DNA of 58,613 nucleotides, counting the filler, from an uncultured bacterium (GTDB lineage Bacteria; Armatimonadota; Abditibacteriia; Abditibacteriales; Abditibacteriaceae), in NCBI GenBank assembly GCA_963843795.1. It is 4 parts of 4 records of this genome, joined end to end, with 100 filler letters (N's around TTAATTAATTAA, not from the genome) between each part and the next. Parts side by side here need not be neighbours in the genome. Positions count along the whole stretch, not along the records: positions 38,553 to 58,613 come from CAWJLW010000008.1; 3 more parts are not named here. One strand, 5' to 3'. This document shows positions 50,601 through 58,613 of the stretch, in pieces. Made by a program: the position numbers and the translations under genes. The notes under the pieces were generated by a model. The model searched no databases, was not told the origin of the DNA, and worked only from the letters and a program-made list of their open reading frames with translations. The stretch's first letter is position 1; every line of letters begins with the position of its first letter.

Positions 50601-50650
50601 AGTTTGCACAAAGGGCGCTGCAAGTACTTGCAGCGCCCTTTGTGCAAACT
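50601..50650. repeat. Perfect 50-bp palindrome centred on GCAAGTACTTGC
   Basis: AGTTTGCACAAAGGGCGCTGCAAGT|ACTTGCAGCGCCCTTTGTGCAAACT. Confidence 0.93.
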
Positions 50651-50743
50651 GAAGAGTGGAATTATTTTGTCCAACGACACACAAAAATTCGAGTCAAGCA
50701 GTAAGGAAATGAGGGTCAAGCTGGAAAAAGGAGCTGAACAAAG

Positions 50744-51022
50744 ATGATCAAATCACTTCACAACGACGGTTTTTACCTGGACGAAGACCACCATCTGATC
50801 AAAGCGAAAGGTGGCACTGAATACGCTTATATTGCTCGTTGGCAAGCGTGGAAAAGCCAGCCGACGGGCCACGCCATCAGCGCCCCATCAGCACCCCATC
50901 AGCACTGTCTCCAGAACAGGCGACTCGGGAAAAAGAGTTGGCAGACCTTCGCCACCAGATCCACGGCAATTAAAAGCTGTAGATCTGGCTTTACCAGCAT
51001 GGTCAAACTCCGCCCACGCTAA
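50744..51022 (+). CDS. Hypothetical protein
   Basis: AAGGAG RBS; no recognisable motif. Confidence 0.35.
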   Translation: MIKSLHNDGFYLDEDHHLIKAKGGTEYAYIARWQAWKSQPTGHAISAPSAPHQHCLQNRRLGKKSWQTFATRSTAIKSCRSGFTSMVKLRPR

Positions 51023-51144
51023 AATTGTGAGCAATTGGTTTCTGGTCGTTTTGCAAGATATCACGTATCCAATAATTGCGAACCTTCTTACAAGCCAGTA
51101 TATTGAGATGTTGTGGTCCCAATACAAAACGGGCAATCAAATCC

Positions 51145-51432
51145 ATGAGCGAAACAGCCAAGAATACAGAAAACAGCCAAAATAACGGCCAGGCCGAAAC
51201 AGTAGAGGCAGTACGCTGGACACAGCGCGCTGTGCCCGAACTCACCTGCCTGCGCTGTGGTTACAAGTGGCTACCACGCAATCTTAATCGATTGCCGAAG
51301 CAGTGCCCAAAGTGCCTGACGAAACTGTGGAACAAGCTGCGCACCTATCAGCTGCAAGGCAAACCGGCACCGGCGCTCAAGCGACAGACCGAGCAGCAAA
51401 AGAGAAACGCGATCAAAAGCGGCGACAAGTGA
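51145..51432 (+). CDS. Small zinc-ribbon protein
   Basis: CLRCGYKWLPR...PKQCPKCLTKLWN. Confidence 0.65.
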   Translation: MSETAKNTENSQNNGQAETVEAVRWTQRAVPELTCLRCGYKWLPRNLNRLPKQCPKCLTKLWNKLRTYQLQGKPAPALKRQTEQQKRNAIKSGDK

Positions 51433-51596
51433 AAAGCGGGCAAAGTGAACTCTGCTCGTCTCGAAGCCGAAGCGCCTTGTTTGACAAAATAATTATCCCG
51501 TCAGAAATCCGAGGAAAAAATCAAGCTAAGTTGGCAATCTGCTGCGCCATCACGCAGCGCCCCACCAACTTGCGAGAAGCTTGACGAACTGTAGCT

Positions 51597-52262
51597 ATGA
51601 TTATCGCAGTCATCAACCAAAAAGGCGGCGTGGGCAAGACGACGACGACGATCAACCTCGGCGCGGCGCTGGCTGAGGGCGGGCGCAAAGTCCTTTTGCT
51701 CGACCTTGACACAACACAACAAAGCCTGATGCGTCAGACGGCCACCCTTGACGCGCACTTTGCCGCTTGCGAGATGCTGCCCTGCTCGGCCAAGTCGCTG
51801 CCCGCTGAACTGAAGAAGCACCGCAAAGGTACCCGTGATTTCGACCAGACATTGGTATTGCTCGATTGTCCGCCGACGTTGGGCGGCGAAGTGGCCGCCG
51901 CGCTGAAAATCGCTGATATGGCGTTGGTGCCGTTGCAGCCGGAACTGCCTGCGCTTGAAGGCTTGGCCTCGCTGCACAAGACGCTGGATGCGGCGCGCGC
52001 CGTCAATCCGAATTTGGCGATGCGCCTGCTCATCACCATGTCGGATGCGCGCGACCCCAACTGCGCGGCCATTGAAGCGCAGGTACGCGCGCTTTTCCCC
52101 GACGAAGTATTATCACCGGCTATCAATCGCAGTCCCGTTTTCGGGCGCGCCGTGTTGGAAGGAACCAGCGTTTTGCACACCTCGCCGCGGAGTCACGGCG
52201 CGCACGCTTATCGCGCGGCGGCGGGCGAACTAATGGAATGGGAGGCCGCTCATGCGCGCTAA
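51597..52262 (+). CDS. parA: ParA partition ATPase
   Basis: NQKGGVGKTTT deviant Walker A, LLDLD, LLDCPP. Confidence 0.95.
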   Translation: MIIAVINQKGGVGKTTTTINLGAALAEGGRKVLLLDLDTTQQSLMRQTATLDAHFAACEMLPCSAKSLPAELKKHRKGTRDFDQTLVLLDCPPTLGGEVAAALKIADMALVPLQPELPALEGLASLHKTLDAARAVNPNLAMRLLITMSDARDPNCAAIEAQVRALFPDEVLSPAINRSPVFGRAVLEGTSVLHTSPRSHGAHAYRAAAGELMEWEAAHAR

Positions 52263-53328
52263 AAAAACATCTGCTGTGCCGACCAAGAAGCGCGGCGCAG
52301 ACGAAACCCTTGTCAACGCACGGTTGCGCGAATTGTTTCCCGTCGCGGCCACCAGAGCCGAAGCCAAACAGAGCGGCGAGCGCGAAGTCTCGGGCAGCTT
52401 CAAAATGCTGACACACGACCGCATCACGGTGCGCCCGCAGGTGCGCCGCACCTTCCCCGAAGCCGACATGGACGAACTGCGCGCCAGCATCCGCGAAATC
52501 CGCGCACAAAACGGTGGCATCGAAGGCAGCGGAGTACTCCAAGCCCTGCTCGTGTCGCCGTTGCACGACGAAAGCGGCGCGATCACCACCTACCGACTCA
52601 TCGCTGGAGAGAGACGCTTCCGCGTCACCCAAGCCGAAGAAGTGCCCGAAGTGCCGTGCATTGTCATTCCCGAAGCAAGCGAATCGGTTGTCCGTCTGAT
52701 GCAACTGACCGAGAATGCCCAACGTACACCGCCGCCCGCTCTCGATGAGGCGCTGGCCATCCGCGACACCATGCAGGAACTGGACTTGTCGTTACGCGAT
52801 ATGGCGCGCATGATGGGCAAATCTCTAGGCTACGTCACAGAGCGCGTTAGCCTTTTGAAAATGAGAGAGGACGTGCAGGACATGGTGTTCGCGCGCGCGA
52901 ACACTTTGCGCCACGCGCGGCTAATTCATCCCATCCAAGACGAAGATTTACGACGAGTGCTTATTGCCGCCGTGATTGAGGACGAAGTTGGTGAGCGCGA
53001 AATTCAGCGCCGCATCGAAGCTGCCGCCAATCCATTGGGTAACACCGTTTCAGAGGAGGTGTTCGCGCGCGCGAACACTCACAGCGAGGGCAGCAAAAGC
53101 CCAAGTAAGGGACAGGAAACATCCTCCAAGCATGCGAATGATGAAGAGGGTTCCACCACCTCGTCCGACCCGTTGCTATCCGCTTTGCGCCCCGCCGTCG
53201 CCTTTGCTACCGAGTTCGGGCGTCAGGTACAAACGCTCCAAATGACGCGCGAATACCGACAGGCGGTGGAAAAGGAATTGGAGATTCTGGAAACCGAGGT
53301 CGCCCGCATCCGAAAGAAGTTGGGCTGA
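52252..53328 (+). CDS. parB: ParB/RepB/Spo0J partition protein
   Basis: QVRRTF...GVLQALLV...LIAGERRFR...LTENAQR, followed by an HTH. Confidence 0.93.
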   Translation: MRAKKTSAVPTKKRGADETLVNARLRELFPVAATRAEAKQSGEREVSGSFKMLTHDRITVRPQVRRTFPEADMDELRASIREIRAQNGGIEGSGVLQALLVSPLHDESGAITTYRLIAGERRFRVTQAEEVPEVPCIVIPEASESVVRLMQLTENAQRTPPPALDEALAIRDTMQELDLSLRDMARMMGKSLGYVTERVSLLKMREDVQDMVFARANTLRHARLIHPIQDEDLRRVLIAAVIEDEVGEREIQRRIEAAANPLGNTVSEEVFARANTHSEGSKSPSKGQETSSKHANDEEGSTTSSDPLLSALRPAVAFATEFGRQVQTLQMTREYRQAVEKELEILETEVARIRKKLG

Positions 53329-53374
53329 GAGCCAGTGCATCAAAGGTGTTCGCGCGCGCGAACACCTTTGATGC
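52885..53374. promoter_or_regulatory. Three copies of a 20-bp palindrome, candidate parS
   Basis: GTGTTCGCGCGCGCGAACAC at 52885-52904, 53059-53078 and 53346-53365; the last extends to a 38-bp palindrome (53337-53374). Confidence 0.75.
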
Positions 53375-53378
53375 GAAA

Positions 53379-53509
53379 GAATAGTGCTACTTGACGGAAG
53401 AAAAGGGGCCGGAATAGTGCTACTTGACGGAAGGAATAGTGCTACTTGACGGAAGAAAAGGGGCCGGAATAGTGCTACTTGACGGAAGGAATAGTGCTAC
53501 TTGACGGAA
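53379..53509 (+). repeat. Five 21-bp plasmid iterons (oriV)
   Basis: GAATAGTGCTACTTGACGGAA at 53379, 53412, 53434, 53467, 53489 (spacing 33/22/33/22), followed by an AT-rich tract and repA. Confidence 0.9.
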
Positions 53510-53703
53510 ATGGGTTCGCCAGAAACCCTTGTTGTATAAGGTTTTCTAGCGTTTTTGAGGCTGCGTAACAACAGTTGTAACTTTCTTTTACTTTAACAAC
53601 AACAGTAACTCGCGCATGCGCGCGAAGCGACCACACTGCCAGTAATTGCACAGCAATGTACTGACAGCACAATGTTGTTGCTTTTGGATTTTTGGAGAAC
53701 GTC

Positions 53704-55203
53704 ATGAAGCGCAACCAACTAGCACAAGCCAAAACCGCATCAAGCATTGGAGCAGACATCCTCAACACCGAAACCATTCGCACCGGAAAGGACGAACTCA
53801 ACCTGATCGAACATCCGTTCGCTTCAATGTGGGATAAGGAGGCTCATGATGCCGTTATCCATCACGAGTGGGAAGCACGCCATCCCGTTACTGGAAAAAC
53901 TGTGAAAGCCTCATGGCGTGTTGCTGGAGATCCTGAAAGGGGTTTGCCGAAACCTAACGATGAGCGAGTTTATTTGGTCCTGTTGGAGTTGACCCGCGAA
54001 GCTCACTTCCAAAGCCAAACGATTTATTTCACACGTTATGACCTCATCAGGCGCTTGAACTGGACACACAACGACAAAAGCTACCAAATGCTATCCGATG
54101 CTTTCAAGCGACTACAAAGCGTCAAAATCCAAGCCGAAAACGCCTTTTGGGAGCCACGCGCCAAATCATTCCGCAACGTCGGTTTCAGCATCATTGATAA
54201 CTTCGATATTCTCAATGAAAAGCCGGGACGCAAATCCAAGAAGAACGAGCAAACAGAACTTCCCATGTCGTATTTTCGCTGGAACGACGTGATGTTCCAG
54301 TCTTTTCAAGCCGGATATATGCGAACGCTCGATCTGGGGCTGGCGCTTTCGCTCAAAGGTGACATCGCGCTGCGGCTCTATCGCTATCTCGACAAAAAAG
54401 TCTACGACGGGCGCAGCCGCTTTGAAATCGAACTCGGAGCGCTGTGCGAGCGGCATTTGGGTATGAGAGCGGCGCGCTACCCCTCCAAACACAAGGAAAG
54501 GCTCAAAGGCGCTCATGATGAGCTTATAGGCCGAGGTGTTTTGCAAAGCGTTTCTTACGAGCCGATGAAAAGCAAGAAGGCCGAAAAGGTTTGTTACTTA
54601 TTTCCCTTGAAAACACTTGCTTTGCCCAAAGCAGAACACGACCATTTGCCAGTGGAGCCAAGGAGCGAAGCGCCGCCCAAAGCCAGTCCCACGTCCGATC
54701 CGCTGCAACGGATGCTGGACTTGAAAATTTCGCCCGAAGTCGCGCGCGACCTGCTGGCCAGTACTTCGATAGAGGCGCTGAGGCTTCAACTCGACTGCCT
54801 GCGAGACCGCAGAGCCAAAGACCCCGCCGCCGTTTTCGTCAAAGCGGTGCGCGAAGGATGGGAACCGCCTGCCAAGTATTTTGAGCGCGTAGAGTCCGCA
54901 GAACGCGCTCAAAATGCCAAGACCGTAGCAGAGGCTAAAAAGCGCGCGAAAGCTGCCCAAGAAGCCGACAAGCGCCAAGAAAAGGTATCACAGGATCAAG
55001 AAGCGGTGACGCTGGAGCAGATGTGGGAGAAAATGGACACCCGTACGCAGGGTCAGTTGGAAAAACAAGTGCGCGAAAAATTGGAAGCGAGCGAGTTTTT
55101 ACGAGCGCGGATGCAAGCGGGCAAGCTAACGCCACAAAGCCCCGACTGGGTGAAAACTCGACATGATTTGCTGCGCGCAATACTGAGCAAGAGTTCGTGG
55201 TGA
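53704..55203 (+). CDS. repA: Plasmid replication initiator protein A
   Basis: GKDELNLIEHPF...GLP...VYLVLL...FTRYDL...ALRLYRYLDKK; located directly after parAB and the iterons. Confidence 0.88.
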   Translation: MKRNQLAQAKTASSIGADILNTETIRTGKDELNLIEHPFASMWDKEAHDAVIHHEWEARHPVTGKTVKASWRVAGDPERGLPKPNDERVYLVLLELTREAHFQSQTIYFTRYDLIRRLNWTHNDKSYQMLSDAFKRLQSVKIQAENAFWEPRAKSFRNVGFSIIDNFDILNEKPGRKSKKNEQTELPMSYFRWNDVMFQSFQAGYMRTLDLGLALSLKGDIALRLYRYLDKKVYDGRSRFEIELGALCERHLGMRAARYPSKHKERLKGAHDELIGRGVLQSVSYEPMKSKKAEKVCYLFPLKTLALPKAEHDHLPVEPRSEAPPKASPTSDPLQRMLDLKISPEVARDLLASTSIEALRLQLDCLRDRRAKDPAAVFVKAVREGWEPPAKYFERVESAERAQNAKTVAEAKKRAKAAQEADKRQEKVSQDQEAVTLEQMWEKMDTRTQGQLEKQVREKLEASEFLRARMQAGKLTPQSPDWVKTRHDLLRAILSKSSW

Positions 55204-55347
55204 GACGGGCTAGCCAAATATTCGCCGGACGAGAACAATCAAAGCCTTCTCAGGTTCAGAAGAGTTATGAAATTTCTTTCTACACTCTGGTTTGCGCCGC
55301 CAAGATGCTGTTACAAAAATAAATTGCGTCTGCCTCCACAATTCTAA

Positions 55348-55660
55348 GAAGCTGTTTGGAACTCATGCAAGTCTTTTGAGCAGGATGCGAGAAAGCTCAA
55401 TCCACACCAATGACTAGCTGTGAGCGATGCAGCCTTCGTAATCACGCACCAGACGACGATAAGCCGAAATCCAAGCGAAGGTGCGCTCGATGACCCAGCG
55501 CCGCTTTTGCAAAACAAAGCCGCTTTAGTGTTTGTCTTTGGCGACGACTTGCAAAATCACGCCGCGCTTTTGTTGACACCACGCAATAGCTTCGGCTTTG
55601 TAACCAGCATCCACCCAAATGCGCCGCAACTTTTTGGTGACACCGTGGCGTCGTCCCATT
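55348..55660 (-). pseudogene. IS5-family transposase 3' remnant with one terminal IR
   Basis: Minus strand [24 protein letters not shown]...HS*SLVWIELSRILLKRLA* with an internal stop; end GAAGCTGTTTGGAA at 55348; the 55660 boundary is approximate. Confidence 0.85.
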
Positions 55661-55704
55661 TGGCGGCATACCAATCTCTCTACTTTAGAATGAGAGCTAC
55701 TTGG

Positions 55705-55795
55705 GTGTCAGGTCAAACCGGCATGAAGAAGCACGTTCAGGTTCTCGAATGGGCGGGGCTCGTCGTCACGCACAAGGTCGGATGGGTGAGAACCG
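55705..55795 (+). pseudogene. ArsR-family HTH fragment
   Basis: TGMKKHVQVLEWAGLVVTHKVGWVRT resembles the ArsR recognition helix and wing; no start or end. Confidence 0.55.
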
Positions 55796-55882
55796 AGAAC
55801 CTGCCAGCCTGGGAAAAGTGGCCTCAAGGCGGAGGACGACCTGACAAGCCTTGGCGCAATTTAGGGACTGTACATGTTGGTG

Positions 55883-56443
55883 TCAAGCCAGAGCCCAAGT
55901 GTCACCGGTGATATTGACGCGGGAGTTGCCTTCCAACTGCTGGAGCGCGGATTCGATCCGTGAGCGGACATTGATCCCTGTTTGTTTGAAGCCCAACAAA
56001 CGCGCTGTTTGATTTAACAACTCTTCTTGTGATAGTGCGTAGCAATCACGAACACACAGATAGGCCGCCTGGGCAATTTCCTCAATTGCAATGTCCTCGA
56101 TTGGCCTGGGACCAGTGTTAGGCATCGGCACACGGACCGGTGGAAGATCCATATTTGTTGGCCATAGAAAATCACCACGACGCTCCAGTAAGGAACATGC
56201 CTCGGCGTGGTCCGCGGCCTCCTCAACAATTGCCAGCAGCTTCTTGCCGACTTTGCTGATGCCCCAAGCGGCCACTAGCTTTCGGGCAGCGACTGTAACA
56301 CGGACCGGGCCTTCGGCTTTCACGATCTTCAGCAGGGCCATCTCCACTGCGACACTCTGCCATTGTGCAGGATCGTACAGATTAGTTGATGTCCCATGAT
56401 AGAATAAAACACACTCCTGATACCAGACTGTTCCTGCCACCAA
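55883..56443 (-). pseudogene. C-terminal winged-helix fragment of a DUF3320/DUF4011-type helicase
   Basis: IVKAEGPV...AWGISKVG...GDFLW...RPIEDIAIEEI...TARLLGFKQTG; the upstream part is replaced by IS3. Confidence 0.65.
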
Positions 56444-56478
56444 TCCTGCCGAAGTGCTTGAAGAGGTCTTTGGCGGTT

Positions 56479-57142
56479 TGCATTGTTCCCCAATTGGAGT
56501 GAACAGTTAAAGAGACTCTGTGAAGCCCTCTTTCTGTTGCATTTTTTCCCGGTATTGCCGGGGCGAGAGCATTCCCAACGCCGAGTGCGGCGCGCGCTGA
56601 TTGTAGTCCTCAAACCAGCCCGGCACCTGCTGCAAAACCGAGTGTGCATCCCACAGCAAGGCACCTTCGACATAATCCCGCTTGAGCGTACGGACAAACG
56701 CTTCGCTCATACCATTCGATTGCGGACTGTAAGCCGGTGTGGTGATCAGCTCCAGTCCCAACTGCTCGGCCACGATAACCGTCCTAAGCGCCGTATAAAT
56801 GCCTCCGTTGTCTGAAAGCCACTGTACTGGCTCATTAGGTTTTCCGGCTTCAAAGCGAGCACAAACCGCTTGTCGCATCAGCTGTTGGATGTCAGTGCCC
56901 AGCAGATCACGCGCTACGCCCACATACGCTAGCGCCTCACGATCATGGCAGTCTAAAGCAAAAGCAATCTGCACCAGTTCGCCATTCCAGCAACGAATCT
57001 CCAGACCATCGCTGCACCAGCGCTCATTCGAACCATCGCGGATAATACGTCCCAGATGAGGTCGTCCGTTGCACCTGCGGTTCTTGGTGGGCAGTTGCAG
57101 GTTGTGCATCTTCATCACCCGCCGAATGCGCTTCTTGTTATA
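56479..57142 (-). mobile_element. Truncated IS3-family (IS2-like) element: orfB 3' part plus right IR
   Basis: WCSDGLEIRCWNGE...LDCHDRE...LSDNG...SPQSNGMSEAF...PHSALG (56507..57118); the IR ends ...GGGGAACAATGCA at 56479. Confidence 0.9.
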
Positions 57143-58043
57143 GAACCTGTTTGCAATTATTTTAGGCTAAGCGTCGCAAGATAAGTCGGATGGCGCAAAT
57201 CCGTATTTTGGCTTCGCTTGTTCGTAGCAAGCCTTCGCAGTTTTTCCACAAGACGCGGCACTGGTTGATCCAGGCATTTGCTCTTTCGACGACCCAACGT
57301 TGTTTGATCACGACAAAGCCTTGTTTTGCCGGTTTCGCCTGTTTGGATGCTGCCTTCTGCGACGGCGTTGGTTTCTCTGCCAACTTGATGGTGATTCGTT
57401 GTAACAGCAGTGGCTCGACTTGCTTTACCTGCTGTTCCAAATAATTTTTGTGATAACCGTTATCAAGCAGGATCGTTAAGCTGTGTTCAGGTGGCAGTTG
57501 CAGAAAATACTCTTGGTTTTTCCTGATGATCGCCAGCAACCCGTCGTCGTCGCTGATATTGGCGGGTGTGCAATGCACGAAGTGCACATTGCTCAATATG
57601 TCCACCAGCAAATGCCGCTTGATGCCGTTCGTCGCCTTATACCAGCAATAGCCTTTGGTTTCCACATTGGCCGTGTCCGTATTCTTGGCGCACATCGAGT
57701 CCCCGATCAACAAGCTCGGTGTGCGGTTTTTTTGACGGCTTCGCGCTCGCGCTGCGTCAACTCACGCAGGACCCTTTCCCATGTGCCGTCAAGTTGCCAC
57801 CGTCGAAACTGCGAGTAAACGGTTTGCCAGTTGGGGAAGTCAGTGGGCAGGTCACGCCACTGACAGCCGTTCTTAAGCTGATACAAAATCGCGTTGACAA
57901 TCAAGTGGCGCGAAACCACGGAACCCCGTGTTTTACTTTGCGGCAAGAGTTGTTCTAAAACCTCGAATTGCGGCACGGTTAAATCGCTGCTGTAAGCCAT
58001 AAACACAGTAAATAGGGTTGCTTGTTTAATTGCAAACAGGTTC
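57143..58043 (-). mobile_element. Complete IS5-family element, two ORFs joined by an A7 frameshift site
   Basis: Perfect 17-bp TIR GAACCTGTTTGCAATTA flanked by TA. orfA 57707..58000 (YSSDLT...GCQWRDLP) and orfB 57162..57713 (IGDS, GIKRHLLVD, DNGY, RWVVER); A7 at 57727-57733. Confidence 0.93.
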
Positions 58044-58562
58044 TATAATAGGGATGCTCTCGATCAAGCGCTTGGCTTCTTCGCCACTGAGGACGGGCGT
58101 CTTGCCCAGCGTGACGACGTGCTTGGGCCCGCGCACACTCAGCGCGGGATTCGAGGGCATGATCTGACCGATCACCAGATAATCAAAGAGCCGCCGCAAA
58201 GCCGCTAATTCGACCTTCACGGTTTGCACGCCATTGGGGCCGCGCCGCGCTTTTTCTTCCTTGATATAAGCGGCCACCACGACCGGCCCGATTTGCTCCA
58301 GGTCGTGCAAGCCGCGCCCATCGCACCAGCGAAAGAAGTTCCCCACCGCGCGGTAGTAAGTGGCGCGCGTATTGTCGTTCTCGATCTCGGCGGCAAAAAA
58401 CTCCAGGAATCGTCTTGATGCGCTTTGGCCCTGGCGAGCGATGTGAGCCGGAAGAAACTGCGCCACTTCATCGACAGTCACCATCGCCGACTCCTGGGCG
58501 GCGGTTGGCACAAGTTCACTTTCTGGGTCAAGGGGTTCTTTGTCGAATGGAGTTTTGGTCAT
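58044..58562 (-). pseudogene. Second tyrosine recombinase paralogue truncated by IS5
   Basis: RRFLEFFAAEIENDNTRATY...QTVKVELAALRRLFDYLVIGQIMPSNPALSVRGPKH...GKTPVL matches the N-terminal half of 2425..3447; the catalytic domain is absent. Confidence 0.9.
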
Positions 58563-58613
58563 GGCATCCTCACAGTGAAAATCTGAGTTTTAGCTTACCC
58601 TGTTTTTAACCAC

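Noticed and set aside
53379..53509. 21-bp repeats as a CRISPR array
   Set aside because: Intervening sequences are 1 or 12 bp and repeat identically; phasing and position before repA indicate iterons.
55420..55911. 163-aa plus-strand ORF
   Set aside because: Chimera of the antisense IS5 remnant and an ArsR fragment.
57727..57733. IS5 split ORF as a sequencing error
   Set aside because: An A7 run at the orfA/orfB junction is typical of programmed frameshifting in two-ORF IS5 elements.
1..58613. tRNA, rRNA, phage structural or conjugation genes
   Set aside because: None recognised by eye; covariance-model searches were not run.

Overview
The window is four assembly contigs joined by artificial N/TTAATTAATTAA/N linkers (12278-12377, 31059-31158, 38453-38552), so adjacency across those gaps is unproven. 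The content is accessory, plasmid-like bacterial DNA. Host lineage is probably Abditibacteriota/Armatimonadota, inferred from the GntR-LacI regulator plus DUF1559 H-X9-DG prepilin-like genes. Contig 1 has a secreted SGNH hydrolase (missed by the ORF track), an antitoxin-VapC-tyrosine recombinase module with an upstream recombination-site-like palindrome, a regulator/DUF1559/triple-metallophosphoesterase cluster, and an arsenic operon behind a Tn3-type inverted repeat. Contig 2 has nested MITEs and a ~17.5 kb heavy-metal island (CzcCBA, ZIP, CDF, DMT, P-II, Csp-like protein, two P1B-ATPases, two RAPP-ending DUF2946-like leaders); both contig ends lie at homologues of the recombinase site. Contig 3 has a type I-B (PGING-like) cas5-8-7-3-4-1 operon with many frameshifts. 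Contig 4 has type I R-M hsdS/hsdR, a P4/satellite-like region (HigBA, DUF3854 primase-helicase, TGTTCCCG iteron cluster), a parA-parB-parS-iteron-repA plasmid replicon and IS debris. The most striking unexplained signal is the 12-bp palindrome GCAAGTACTTGC. It occurs at least 18 times, mostly inside genes (read as QVLA), and also forms the centre of perfect 24-50 bp palindromes, like an undescribed HIP1/uptake-sequence analogue.
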